From a virus: DNA of 64,000 bases. The notes below the pieces were generated by a model. It saw only the letters and a list, made by a program, of their open reading frames with translations, ran no database searches and was not told the origin of the DNA. Each line of letters begins with the position of its first letter. Within the stretch, counting starts at the first letter, position 1. Below, in pieces: positions 1-9,772 of the stretch. Made by a program: the position numbers and the translations under genes. The stretch lies in the IMG/VR virus record IMGVR_UViG_3300027518_000008. One strand, 5' to 3'.

Positions 1-918
1 AGCCAGCCTGCGCTGCAATTCTTTGCCGAGCTTGCCAATACTATCGGGACACGATACGAGGGTGAGGACGACAAGTTTGAGCGAATCCTGCAATTGCTGC
101 AAAAACAGGCTACCGAGGCAAGTCTAGTAATTGGCCAATCAGCAGCCACGCTTGGGGTAGCCCCGGTTGGGATTACAAACACCATTGAAAAGATAATGGA
201 AAATCCCATTAAGTCCAAGATGCCAGAAAACCAGTACGCCTATGCTGAGATTCCCGGGTTTCGGATGTCTTTGCGTGGTTCGTATGAGGCTATTGCTGAA
301 GCCAGAGCCAAGGCGTCCTACTTTACTGGCAGGGGTATCCGTGAGACTAATGACTGGTATGAGCCGGTCTACCGTGAGTTTGATGAGTGGTCTTCTGTGG
401 CCAATGCCTTGCCAATGCAGGTCAAGACTAAGCGGTATAACGCCATCAATGAGGAAATGATTAAGCTCAAGTCTGGGTTTCCGCCTATCAGCAAGTCCAT
501 GAACGAGCCCGGTATTAAACTAAACGATATTCAGTTTGACCGTTATAAAGAACTCATTAACTACCCAGAGCGTTCAGCCTTTGCCAAGGAATACTTTGGC
601 ATTTTCCTGCCCAAGCCAATCTTGGAGCAGATGGTTTCGACCATAGCCGACAAGGAAACCTACGACTTTTCTTATGACCCCAATACAGGCGTCCGTAGAC
701 CAGCCACACCCGGAGACAGAGCACGTGCGCTCCAAAACGTCCGGGCAGTATATTCATCGTATGCCAAAGACCTGATGCTCTTGGAGTTTCCCGAGCTCAA
801 AACCTTGGTTGATGAGCGTAAGGCGTTCGAGGACGCATTTGGTAAAGCCCCGCAAAAGCTGCCATTAACACCCGATACGCTAGAGAAAATCAAGCAAGCA
901 CCTTATAATCCACGTTAG
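1..918 (+). CDS. C-terminal part of a large internal virion protein (5' truncated)
   Basis: Frame open from base 1 to stop at 918; lies directly before the tail fibre, the position of T7-type internal virion proteins. Confidence 0.5.
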   Translation, partial: SQPALQFFAELANTIGTRYEGEDDKFERILQLLQKQATEASLVIGQSAATLGVAPVGITNTIEKIMENPIKSKMPENQYAYAEIPGFRMSLRGSYEAIAEARAKASYFTGRGIRETNDWYEPVYREFDEWSSVANALPMQVKTKRYNAINEEMIKLKSGFPPISKSMNEPGIKLNDIQFDRYKELINYPERSAFAKEYFGIFLPKPILEQMVSTIADKETYDFSYDPNTGVRRPATPGDRARALQNVRAVYSSYAKDLMLLEFPELKTLVDERKAFEDAFGKAPQKLPLTPDTLEKIKQAPYNPR

Positions 919-931
919 GAAGGAATAAGTC

Positions 932-2656
932 ATGTCTGTCCCAATTTCAAATGTTACCCGCCGGGTAGTGCTCGCCGCCTCTGGCACGGGGCCATATTCT
1001 TTTACCTTTGAAATCCTTGCCGCTACCGACATTTCGGTATACAGGGACGATACCCTTCTTACCCTGACTACTGACTATACCGTAACGATTAACACCAACG
1101 GTACTGGTTATGTAACCCTGACGGCTACACCTACCGGCGCTACCCAGATTGCCATTGTTGGCGACCGGGCAATCCAGCGTACCTCAGACTTCACAACTGG
1201 TGGCGACTTGTTCGCTACAACCCTGAACGATGAGCTAGACAGCCTTACCATCTTCGCCCAGCAAAATGCTGAGGCCGTAGACCGGGCTCTAAAAGCGCCT
1301 CAGACTGACCCAACAAACATCAGTATGACCCTGCCACGGGCGACCTCACGGGCAGGCAAGGTGCTGTCATTTGACTCCAACGGCAACCCTGCTGCGGTGG
1401 ACTACATCGGAACTAACCGTGGTAATTGGGCCTCTGGTACGGCTTACAACCAGCGTGACATTGCCAAGGATACGACCAACGATAACATCTATCAGGTTCT
1501 TACTCCGCACACATCTTCTGGTTCCCTGCCGCTTTCAAGCAATGCAGATATTGGCAAATGGGCATTACTGGTTGACGCAGCCGCAGCTAGCTCATCTGCC
1601 ACGGCCGCAGCTGCGAGCGCATCAGCAGCCTCAAGCTCTGCCTCTACCGCATCAACGCAGGCAACAAACGCAAGCAACTATGCGACTGCTGCCAGCACCT
1701 CGGCAAGCAATGCCTCGACTAGCGCATCTGCCGCCGCCGCAGACGCAGCTTCTGCTGCCTCGGCATTAGCTCAGACCTTGACTGCGTATGACAACTTCGA
1801 TGACCGCTACCTTGGGGCTAAGTCCTCTGATCCGTCCCTAGATAATGACGGCAATGCGCTGATAGCTGGGGCTCTGTACTTCAACACCGTCCTGCCGGGT
1901 ATGAAGGTCTACACCGGCTCGGCATGGGTGATTGCTTATGTGTCTGGTGGTGGGTTCTTATCAACGGCCAACAACCTGTCCGAACTGACGGCAACGGCTA
2001 GCACGGCCAGAACAAACATTGGCCTAGGTACTGGAGACAGCCCACAGTTTACAGCGGTCAACGTAGGCAACGCATCTGACACAACTGTCACCCGTGTTTC
2101 TGCTGGAGTGATTGCAGTCGAGGGCAGCAATGTCCTGATGGCATCTAACATTGGAACATCGGTTCAAGCCTATGATGCGCAACTGGCAGACATTGCTGGC
2201 CTAACCCCGACAGACAATGGAGTAGTCATTGGCAACGGTAGCAACTTTGTTGTTGAGTCTGGGGCCACGCTCAAGACTTCTCTTGGCCTGACAATTGGTA
2301 CTGACGTACAAGCCTATGACGCAGATACAGCCAAGACTGACGTAGCCCAAACATTTACAGCATCTCAACGTGGCACGGTTACGACTGACAATGACGGCTC
2401 CTTTGACCTGTCGGTGACAAACAACTTTGCTTGCACACCTACTGGTTCATTTACCCTGACATTTACCAATATGACCGCAGGACAGAGTGGATTCATTCTG
2501 CTGGTCAACGGTAGCAACTACACCGTGTCAGCTCACGCCAATACCAAGGTGGTGTCTGGATCGCTAACCACAATATCTGCAACCGGGACGTATTTGCTGT
2601 CGTACTGGACTAACGGTACGAATACCTATGTAGTCAACTCAGGAGCACTAGCTTGA
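932..2656 (+). CDS. Tail fibre protein, T7 gp17-type N-terminal anchor
   Basis: N-term YSFTFEILAATDISVY...TDYTV and DELDSLTIFAQQ typical of T7-like fibre anchors; Ala/Ser-rich linker; C-terminal domain shared with 38168-38929. Confidence 0.8.
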   Translation: MSVPISNVTRRVVLAASGTGPYSFTFEILAATDISVYRDDTLLTLTTDYTVTINTNGTGYVTLTATPTGATQIAIVGDRAIQRTSDFTTGGDLFATTLNDELDSLTIFAQQNAEAVDRALKAPQTDPTNISMTLPRATSRAGKVLSFDSNGNPAAVDYIGTNRGNWASGTAYNQRDIAKDTTNDNIYQVLTPHTSSGSLPLSSNADIGKWALLVDAAAASSSATAAAASASAASSSASTASTQATNASNYATAASTSASNASTSASAAAADAASAASALAQTLTAYDNFDDRYLGAKSSDPSLDNDGNALIAGALYFNTVLPGMKVYTGSAWVIAYVSGGGFLSTANNLSELTATASTARTNIGLGTGDSPQFTAVNVGNASDTTVTRVSAGVIAVEGSNVLMASNIGTSVQAYDAQLADIAGLTPTDNGVVIGNGSNFVVESGATLKTSLGLTIGTDVQAYDADTAKTDVAQTFTASQRGTVTTDNDGSFDLSVTNNFACTPTGSFTLTFTNMTAGQSGFILLVNGSNYTVSAHANTKVVSGSLTTISATGTYLLSYWTNGTNTYVVNSGALA

Positions 2657-5076
2657 GCGTCTTACCAGTAGGATTTGGTTCTGCGCTTGGCGGCTATCAG
2701 ATAGAGCGCAGTCTGCGGTTTAACTCTGCGGATAGTGCAAGATTAACTCGAACATTTGGAACGCCCACAAATCAAGAAAAATGGACTATGTCTATGTGGG
2801 TTAAAAGAAGTGGTTTGGGGATTAACACGGGGTTATTTGGCGCAGGAATCAGCGATTCAAATTTGGAAGTTTGGTTTGATACCAACAATAAATTATGTTT
2901 TAACGCCGCAACAAGCCCAGATAACAGGACAAAAATTACAACTCAGGTGTTTAGAGATTGTTCAGCTTGGTATCATTTAATTTGGGCATACGATACAAGC
3001 CTTCCATCTGATTCAAATAATAGCCCAACTGCTTTAAAAATTTATGTTAATAATTCTCTTATTACATCATTTTCCACTTTTGAATCTATTTCTTCTTATA
3101 CATTAGTTCCATTTAATTCAAATGGTGCTGTTGTAAATATCGGCAATCAAACTATAAGCAACTATTATTTCAGCGGCTATATGGCCGAGATTTATTTCAT
3201 TGACGGTCAAGCCCTAATACCATCCTCATTCGGCGAAACTGATTCTGCCACAGGTGTATGGAAGCCCAAGGCTTACTCTGGCACATACGGTACTAACGGC
3301 TTTTACCTCAACTTCTCAGACAACTCTGGCACGACATCCACAACGCTAGGCAAGGACAGTTCAGGCAATAGTAACAACTGGACACCTAACAACTTCTCGG
3401 TGACTGCGGGTGTTAACAATGACTCGCTAGTAGATTCACCTACGGCATACGGTACAGACACAGGCGTTGGTGGTGAGGTGCGTGGGAATTACTGTACTTG
3501 GAACCCTCTGGACAAACAAACAAGCGTCACCATAGCAAACGGGAACCTTGACGCAACCTATACTGGAACCACAGATGTCTATGGGTGTTTTTCCACTTTC
3601 TCAGTATCAAGTGGAAAATGGTATTGCGAGTTTACGGCAACTGGGCTTGGGGGTTCTGCTTATCCGCAGATTGGTATACGAAGAAGTAACAACTATGTTG
3701 CACAATATATTACAGAAACTTATGTAGACATAAAAGCTGGAACTTCTAATAATCGTGGTTCTGCTGGCCCAACATTTACGGCATTTATTGATAGTGATGT
3801 TTTGGGTATTGCGTTCAATGCTGATACTGGAGAGATATTCTTTTCCAAAAATGGTACTTGGTTAAATAGTGGAAACCCAGCCGCAGGAACGGGAGAATTC
3901 TTTTCTGGCTTAACTGATGGCCCATTTAAGTTTGGTATTGGTATGTACTCAAGCAGGACTGCCTTTGCCAACTTCGGTCAACGTGCCTTTGCCTACACAG
4001 CCCCCTCTGGCTTTAAGGCATTGTGTACAACTAATCTGCCTACGCCGACCATCGGTGCTACTAGCACTACACAGGCGAATGATTACTTTAATGCGGTAAC
4101 TTATACAGGTAATGGAACTAGCCTTAGCGTAACTGGTGTTGGCTTCCAGCCTGATTTAATCTGGATTAAAGACAGAAGCAATGCAAGGGCGCACGTTTTA
4201 CAAAATGCTATTGCTGGCTTTTCCCAATATCTACAATCTAATGCTACAGATGCAGAGACAACAGCATCTTCTGGCGTAACTGCGGTTGGGTCTGATGGAT
4301 TTACGGTTGGAACTCAGTTGGCATGGAATAGTAATACTGAAACCTATGTCGCATGGAACTGGAACGCTGGCGGCTCAACTGTAACCAACACTAGCGGCAC
4401 AATATCGGCACAGGTCAGGGCGAATACAACTAGCGGGTTCTCGATTGTTACTTATACGGGTAACGGAACAAACGGTGCAACTGTTGGTCATGGTCTTGGC
4501 ATTGCTCCATCTTTAATTTTTATCAAAAACCGTGGTGCAGTAGCATCTTGGCTTGTTTATAGCTCAAGCATTGGTGCGTCTAACTTTTTAGTTTTAAATA
4601 CCACAGATGCTTCTGCCGCTTCTGCGCTTCCTTTTAATAATACAGCGCCAACTTCGTCTGTATTTTCTTTGGGAACTTCTGGTGGTACAAATACAAATGG
4701 GGGAACTTTTGTAGCCTACTGCTTCGCACCAGTAGCGGGGTATAGCGCTTTTGGAAGTTACACGGGCAATGCAGCCGCTGACGGCCCATTTATCTACACG
4801 GGCTTTAGACCTAGGTTTGTTATTAGAAAATGCTCTAGCGCAACAAGCAACTGGTTTATAAATGATGCAGCAAGAAACCCTTCTAATGTTGTTTTATTAA
4901 GATTGAATGCTGACCTTTCTGATGCAGAAAGTTCTGGTGCTAATTCTGATATTGATTTTCTATCTAACGGATTCAAAATTAGAGCAACATCTACTGCGGG
5001 TGTAAATCAATCTGGACAAACACACATATATATGGCTTTTGCCGAGACTCCCGCAAAATTTTCGCTTGCCCGTTAG
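2653..5076 (+). CDS. ConA/LamG- and SPRY-like lectin-domain tail protein, copy 1
   Basis: SLRFNS...WTMSMWVKRS, WYHLIW, YFSGYMAEIYFIDG (LamG-like); GKWYCEF...GIAFNADTGEIFF (SPRY-like); overlaps fibre stop. Confidence 0.75.
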   Translation: MSVLPVGFGSALGGYQIERSLRFNSADSARLTRTFGTPTNQEKWTMSMWVKRSGLGINTGLFGAGISDSNLEVWFDTNNKLCFNAATSPDNRTKITTQVFRDCSAWYHLIWAYDTSLPSDSNNSPTALKIYVNNSLITSFSTFESISSYTLVPFNSNGAVVNIGNQTISNYYFSGYMAEIYFIDGQALIPSSFGETDSATGVWKPKAYSGTYGTNGFYLNFSDNSGTTSTTLGKDSSGNSNNWTPNNFSVTAGVNNDSLVDSPTAYGTDTGVGGEVRGNYCTWNPLDKQTSVTIANGNLDATYTGTTDVYGCFSTFSVSSGKWYCEFTATGLGGSAYPQIGIRRSNNYVAQYITETYVDIKAGTSNNRGSAGPTFTAFIDSDVLGIAFNADTGEIFFSKNGTWLNSGNPAAGTGEFFSGLTDGPFKFGIGMYSSRTAFANFGQRAFAYTAPSGFKALCTTNLPTPTIGATSTTQANDYFNAVTYTGNGTSLSVTGVGFQPDLIWIKDRSNARAHVLQNAIAGFSQYLQSNATDAETTASSGVTAVGSDGFTVGTQLAWNSNTETYVAWNWNAGGSTVTNTSGTISAQVRANTTSGFSIVTYTGNGTNGATVGHGLGIAPSLIFIKNRGAVASWLVYSSSIGASNFLVLNTTDASAASALPFNNTAPTSSVFSLGTSGGTNTNGGTFVAYCFAPVAGYSAFGSYTGNAAADGPFIYTGFRPRFVIRKCSSATSNWFINDAARNPSNVVLLRLNADLSDAESSGANSDIDFLSNGFKIRATSTAGVNQSGQTHIYMAFAETPAKFSLAR
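2689..3290 (+). repeat. 602-bp direct repeat, copy 1
   Basis: Starts GGCGGCTATCAG, ends CTGGCACATACGG; same text at 38962-39563 (offset 36273); two reading frames translate identically. Confidence 0.9.
3988..4097 (+). repeat. 110-bp direct repeat, copy 1
   Basis: TTTGCCTACACAGCC...TTTAATGCGGT also at 40279-40388. Confidence 0.85.
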
Positions 5077-5085
5077 GTAAACAAA

Positions 5086-5607
5086 ATGCCACAAGGAAGA
5101 TTCCATCAAGACCAAAGCGGGACAAAGATAAATATGCTAACTCTTTTGTTTCGAACCAATGAGCAATCTAAAAACGGAAGTTATAAATATATGACCCGTT
5201 GCGATTGCGGAACAGAAAAGATTGTTGCTTACAATCAAATGACCCGTGGTAGCACTAAGTCTTGTGGTTGCTTGCAATTCAGAAAAGGCGAAGATAGTCC
5301 GAACTTCAAACACGGTTTAGCGTTGAAATCGCACCCAGAATACAAGCGTTATCAGCGTGAGTGTTTTGACCGTCACCGCTATAACCTTGAGCCTCAACAC
5401 AAAGCCGCATTACTAGACGCACAAAACGGTGGTTGTGCTATCTGCGGGTACAAATTTGAGCAGAAAATAGGCGATATGAAAGTTGACCACAACCATTCAA
5501 CGGGCGAGGTCAGAGGTTTATTATGCGATTTATGCAATCGAGGGCTTGGTATGTTTAGGGACAATCAAGACAATCTGACCAAAGCAATATCTTATTTAGC
5601 GAGGTAA
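5086..5607 (+). CDS. Free-standing endonuclease VII-type HNH (homing) endonuclease
   Basis: CAICG...VDHNHSTGEVRGLLCDLCNRGLG; N-terminal CDCG...SCGC. Confidence 0.85.
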   Translation: MPQGRFHQDQSGTKINMLTLLFRTNEQSKNGSYKYMTRCDCGTEKIVAYNQMTRGSTKSCGCLQFRKGEDSPNFKHGLALKSHPEYKRYQRECFDRHRYNLEPQHKAALLDAQNGGCAICGYKFEQKIGDMKVDHNHSTGEVRGLLCDLCNRGLGMFRDNQDNLTKAISYLAR

Positions 5608-5610
5608 CAA

Positions 5611-6132
5611 ATGTTTCAACTCAATGGCAACCCAATCTCAATAGATTCTGAAGTAACCATCAATGGTATCCGCTACCCACACCTGCGTGACCCTGCTCTG
5701 CGTGAGCAACTAGGTATCGTAGAGGTAGCAGACCCAGAGCAGTATGACCAGCGTTTCTATTGGTCTCCTACATTGCCTAAGCTGCTTGATGACCGTGAAG
5801 AAGTAGACGAAGACGGTAATCCCATGTATGTCAAAGTCTTGGGTGTGGTCAACGGAGAACCTGCAATGGTTGACTCCACAGAGCGTCTGGTGACCAAAGG
5901 ACTCAAGAGCCAATGGACTTCTCAGGTTAAGCAGACTGCTGGTTCTATGCTTGCCCAAACTGACTGGATGGTAGTCCGCAAGGCAGAGCGCAATGTAGAC
6001 ATCCCCGCAACGGTGGTCGCAAAGCGTGCGGCGATTGTGGCTGAGTGCGACAGGCTAGAGGCTGCGATTGCGGCTTGCACGACTGTCGAGGCTCTGATTG
6101 CGGTAGTTGGCAACCAAGGATGGCCTGCATAA
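5611..6132 (+). CDS. Tail-fibre-associated (assembly/chaperone-like) protein, copy 1
   Basis: LAQTDWMVVR motif; follows fibre genes; close paralog at 42006-42527. Confidence 0.55.
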   Translation: MFQLNGNPISIDSEVTINGIRYPHLRDPALREQLGIVEVADPEQYDQRFYWSPTLPKLLDDREEVDEDGNPMYVKVLGVVNGEPAMVDSTERLVTKGLKSQWTSQVKQTAGSMLAQTDWMVVRKAERNVDIPATVVAKRAAIVAECDRLEAAIAACTTVEALIAVVGNQGWPA

Positions 6133-6293
6133 TGGCTACAATCGTAGAGGTCAAAGGCCAACTTGACACCCACGAAGCCGTCTGTGCCGAACGCTATCTT
6201 GGGATAAACGCTAGACTAAAGCGCCTAGAGCAAATCCTGATTGGCTCTGCTGGATTCATAATCGCCCTACTGCTAAGCCTAGTCGTTAAATGA
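6132..6293 (+). CDS. Small coiled-coil protein with C-terminal membrane anchor (53 aa), copy 1
   Basis: THEAVCAERY...RLKRLE then hydrophobic tail; paralog at 42527-42688. Confidence 0.7.
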   Translation: MATIVEVKGQLDTHEAVCAERYLGINARLKRLEQILIGSAGFIIALLLSLVVK

Positions 6294-6760
6294 CCACCAT
6301 CGCTGCCAGAGCGTCTACGGGAGAAATTGCCGCAGATTCGATGGTCAGCGGTGATGACTCCTTCTACCTCGTAGAGAAGCTCCGTAAGGGACAAGAGAGC
6401 ATCTACGGGGGTTGCGGAGATTGGGATAAACTATTAAAGTTCTACAATTCGTTGGAGTCTGGGGCAGACCTAGACTCGGATACGGATGTGACCGTTCTCG
6501 AACTCAGAAGTGATGGCATTTGGATTTACGAGAGTACCATCATTCCTGCGAAGATAAAGAACGACTTTTGGGCAATTGGAACTGGGGCAAACTTTGCTAT
6601 CGCTGCCATGCACTTAGGCTTAACTCCGGCAGAAGCAGTAAAGCTGGCGTGTCTGTACGACACATCCTCCCACGAGCCAATTGACGTAATGTCTCTAAGC
6701 GGGAGGAAGCGTGGTAGCACTAAAAAAGGTATCGGACGAGGAACTAATAGCGGCGTTTAA
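6290..6760 (+). CDS. Ntn-hydrolase (proteasome beta/HslV-like) peptidase, copy 1
   Basis: M-T-T-I-A start, IAADS, conserved Lys (EKL), AIGTG. Confidence 0.7.
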   Translation: MTTIAARASTGEIAADSMVSGDDSFYLVEKLRKGQESIYGGCGDWDKLLKFYNSLESGADLDSDTDVTVLELRSDGIWIYESTIIPAKIKNDFWAIGTGANFAIAAMHLGLTPAEAVKLACLYDTSSHEPIDVMSLSGRKRGSTKKGIGRGTNSGV

Positions 6761-7649
6761 GACCTACGGGAGTCCACAGAAGGTCTCTCAGGTTCTAGGC
6801 ATAGACGTAGGAACGGTTTACCGAAGGCGGTCGGCACTAAAAGACGTATCCCTGCCCTCCTTTGCCGCAAGACAGCACAGCATCGCCAACACATACATCC
6901 CCGATAACCGTAGGGTTATCTCCCACACCGTAGATAACGGTCATGTCTTTATAGCCTCGGACTGCCACTACTGGCCTGGCGAGGAAACCGTAGCACACAA
7001 GGCGTTTGTTTCCCTGCTGACAGAATTTAAGCCCAAGACCATCATCCTAAACGGGGATGTGTTTGACGGGGCTAGAATCAGCCGCCACGCCGCCCTCATG
7101 GGTACTAACCCCCCTACCCCAAAGCAAGAGATAGAAGCCTGCCAAGACCGTCTACACGAGATTGCAAACGCTTCTAAGAACGCTACTAAGCTTTTCACCT
7201 ACGGTAACCATGACGTAAGGTTGTTTAATTACATTGCAACCCACGCCCCAGAGTTATCTGAGTTCAGCGACTTGTTTTCGTACTTTCCAGGTTGGCATAC
7301 GGGGTGGCGGGTGGACATAAACAACTCTGTTGTGGTCAAGCATCGGTGGCACAACGGGCAACACGCGACATATAACAACGCCCTGAAGTCTGGCAGAAGT
7401 ATCGTCACAGGACACCTGCATAAACTGATGGTTACCCCGTGGACGGACTACAATGGGCGCAGATACGGTGTAGACACAGGAACGCTTGCGGAGCCAGGTG
7501 GCGACCAATTTGTGTATGTAGAAGAAAACCCCGTGAACTGGTGTTCTGGGTTCTGCGTTCTGACATTTAAGAATGGTATGTTATTACCACCAGAGTTATG
7601 CGAAGTAATAAACGGCGTGGCTTACTTTCGAGGAGAGAAAGTGGGATAA
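6711..7649 (+). CDS. Calcineurin-like metallophosphoesterase with N-terminal HTH-like segment, copy 1
   Basis: SDCH, NGDVFD, GNHD, GHLH motifs. Confidence 0.85.
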   Translation: MVALKKVSDEELIAAFKTYGSPQKVSQVLGIDVGTVYRRRSALKDVSLPSFAARQHSIANTYIPDNRRVISHTVDNGHVFIASDCHYWPGEETVAHKAFVSLLTEFKPKTIILNGDVFDGARISRHAALMGTNPPTPKQEIEACQDRLHEIANASKNATKLFTYGNHDVRLFNYIATHAPELSEFSDLFSYFPGWHTGWRVDINNSVVVKHRWHNGQHATYNNALKSGRSIVTGHLHKLMVTPWTDYNGRRYGVDTGTLAEPGGDQFVYVEENPVNWCSGFCVLTFKNGMLLPPELCEVINGVAYFRGEKVG

Positions 7650-8099
7650 ATGAGTGATTTAGTAGCCTCGGCAAAGAGTGCCGCGCAGGGAATAAAAAGC
7701 GCGATAGCCGCAGGGAAAGAGATTGAAGCAGTAGTCAACGATATTCAAAAACTTGGGGTCGCAGAACTCCAAGCCAAGCAACAGTTCCAAAAAAAGCAAC
7801 GGGTAGTTAAGGGCGATACCACCATCCTCACAGCCTTTGCGGAGTGGCGCAGACTTAAAGAAATCAAGGAAGCCGAGGACGACTTATTCCAGCAGCTTGT
7901 TGAGCGTTACGGCAAGGACAAGGCTGAGTTTGAGTGGAAGGACATCCAAGCCATCAAAGAGCGCCAGATAAAGGAAGTCAAGGACGGGCGTGACGAGATG
8001 GGGCGTGACCTAAAGAAACTCCGAGAACTCAAGGTTATGTGCTTCATAGCCTCGCTAATCATAGTCACCACTTACTACATCTTCAAAGGACACCTGTAA
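7650..8099 (+). CDS. Coiled-coil protein with C-terminal TM segment, copy 1
   Basis: ORF; near-identical paralog at 44049-44498. Confidence 0.7.
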   Translation: MSDLVASAKSAAQGIKSAIAAGKEIEAVVNDIQKLGVAELQAKQQFQKKQRVVKGDTTILTAFAEWRRLKEIKEAEDDLFQQLVERYGKDKAEFEWKDIQAIKERQIKEVKDGRDEMGRDLKKLRELKVMCFIASLIIVTTYYIFKGHL

Positions 8100-8602
8100 T
8101 GCTATCCCTAATATCTTCCGCTATTGGCTTTTTTGCCTCTGGTCTACCTCAAGTACTAAATTTCTTCCAAGACAAGGCTGACAAGGCGCAAGAGTTGAAG
8201 TTAGCGCAGATGCAGACCGAGCGCGAGTTAGCCCTTGCAGAACGCGGTTTCCTAGCCCAACAAAGGGTCGAGGAGATTAGGACTGACCAGATTGCCCTTC
8301 AGACCGACGCAGACCGCCAGAACGCCGCTTTAGACCACGACAAGGCTATCATGGCTCGCGCCTCTAGTTGGGTCGTGAACTTGAACGGCATAGTTCGCCC
8401 TGCGGTCACCTTTATCTTTGTCTTAGAGTTGGTGCTAATTAACATGGGGCTGACTTACTTCTTGCTAAAGGGCGGTCTTGGAGACATGAGCGTGGAGCAG
8501 TTTATCGCCGCCACAGACGTAATCTTCTCCGAAGACGAGATGGCCCTGCTCTCTGGGATTATTGCTTTCTGGTTCGGGAGCCGCCAATGGGGTAAGAAGT
8601 GA
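8099..8602 (+). CDS. Putative holin (multi-TM), copy 1
   Basis: Hydrophobic segments, VRPAVT and FWFGSR motifs, directly before lysozyme; start moved to ATG overlapping previous stop. Confidence 0.65.
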   Translation: MLSLISSAIGFFASGLPQVLNFFQDKADKAQELKLAQMQTERELALAERGFLAQQRVEEIRTDQIALQTDADRQNAALDHDKAIMARASSWVVNLNGIVRPAVTFIFVLELVLINMGLTYFLLKGGLGDMSVEQFIAATDVIFSEDEMALLSGIIAFWFGSRQWGKK

Positions 8603-9078
8603 AAGTCAGCAAGGAAGCAATAGAGGGGATTAAGAAAGACGAGGGGGTAAGGACAAAACCTTACCGCTGCCCAGCCCTGCTGTGGACTGTTGGGGTTGGA
8701 CACGTTATCGACCAGAACCACATAAGGGTAAAGTTTGATGACCGCAAAAATCTACCAATTCCCGACGGATGGGACAGAGTTCTTAGCATGGCAGAAGTTG
8801 ATGCTATCTTGGCTCAGGACTTGGCTACATTCGAACGAGGTGTTCTGCGCCTCTGTCCAGGTGGACTTACTCAAGGCCGCTTTGACGCTCTGGTTTCCTT
8901 CTCCTTCAACGTCGGGCTTGGCAACCTCCAAAGGTCAACCATCCGCATGAAGCACAATCGTGGAGACTTTGAGGGCGCGGCAGAGTCCTTCATGGCGTGG
9001 ACTAAAGCGGGCGGGAAAGAACTGCCTGGCTTAGTTAAACGTCGGAAGCACGAACGCGCTCTCTATGAATCTGAGTAA
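8599..9078 (+). CDS. Endolysin, GH24 lysozyme, copy 1
   Basis: EG...YRCPA..WTVGVGH, FDALVSFSFNVG, GLVKRR..E. Confidence 0.92.
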   Translation: MKVSKEAIEGIKKDEGVRTKPYRCPALLWTVGVGHVIDQNHIRVKFDDRKNLPIPDGWDRVLSMAEVDAILAQDLATFERGVLRLCPGGLTQGRFDALVSFSFNVGLGNLQRSTIRMKHNRGDFEGAAESFMAWTKAGGKELPGLVKRRKHERALYESE

Positions 9079-9376
9079 TTCTTTCCTTTAGTTCCTCGGC
9101 TATTGTCAAATTGTGCTTGGCCTCAAACTGGTCAAGCCACTTCCTCCTCGCCTCCCTTGTTGGGAGCGTCAACACATACCTTGCCAGCCCTTCTATCTTC
9201 GCCTCATGTTCGCTCATCACGATTTGATAGAACTCCTCTTTGGTGGCGGTAAAGGTTCCTCTGTTAACCAGCCCTAGCAAATGTTTTATGCAACGCTTTT
9301 CTGGCGGTGGTGACGGCTCTGATTGCGTCAGATTTTCGAACAAATCTCCCAAGATAATACCTCTTATAGTTGGCAC
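9035..9376 (-). CDS. Hypothetical protein (true start uncertain, probably shorter)
   Basis: ORF converging on lysozyme; 5' part overlaps the HNH gene. Confidence 0.45.
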   Translation of the reverse strand: MPTIRGIILGDLFENLTQSEPSPPPEKRCIKHLLGLVNRGTFTATKEEFYQIVMSEHEAKIEGLARYVLTLPTREARRKWLDQFEAKHNLTIAEELKERITQIHRERVRASDV

Positions 9377-9725
9377 AAACGTGTGCCTCGTAAAACTTTT
9401 CCTTCCTCTTGTAGACCCCTTTCACATTAGACTTGGTTTTCTCCCGCAACTTGGAGTTCCACCTGTTTTCCATCTGCGTGGCAACTCTGAGATTGCTTAG
9501 TCTATTGTCGGCAAACTTGCAGTTCTTGTGGTCAACGGTCTCAGGCCACCACCCGTGGTGATAAGCCCAGATAATCCTGTGAGCAAAGTAAGGCTTTTTG
9601 AATATAGCAATTTTGCGATAACCGCGAGGGGTTATGTGTCCTGCGATTGTGTTGGCGTACCTAGCGTTCCACATGACATACGCGGAATACTTGGCGAAAG
9701 CCTCAATGGGTCGAGGCTTCCACAC
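9264..9725 (-). CDS. HNH homing endonuclease with AP2-like C-terminal domain
   Basis: AHRIIW...VDHKN...DNRLSNLR; KGVY...YLGRF. Confidence 0.85.
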   Translation of the reverse strand: MWKPRPIEAFAKYSAYVMWNARYANTIAGHITPRGYRKIAIFKKPYFAHRIIWAYHHGWWPETVDHKNCKFADNRLSNLRVATQMENRWNSKLREKTKSNVKGVYKRKEKFYEAHVCANYKRYYLGRFVRKSDAIRAVTTARKALHKTFARAG

Positions 9726-9772
9726 AAGTTCCCCTTTCCTGTAAACAAACAGGGCGCGTAGCTGTTGCTTGC

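Noticed and set aside
1580-1770. GCA/GCC-rich low-complexity tract as a DNA repeat element
   Set aside because: Explained by the Ala/Ser-rich fibre linker; the same applies to 34640-34880.
6290-6760. Host-derived hslV implying bacterial flanking DNA
   Set aside because: Short divergent Ntn fold, no hslU, embedded in phage late genes in both copies.
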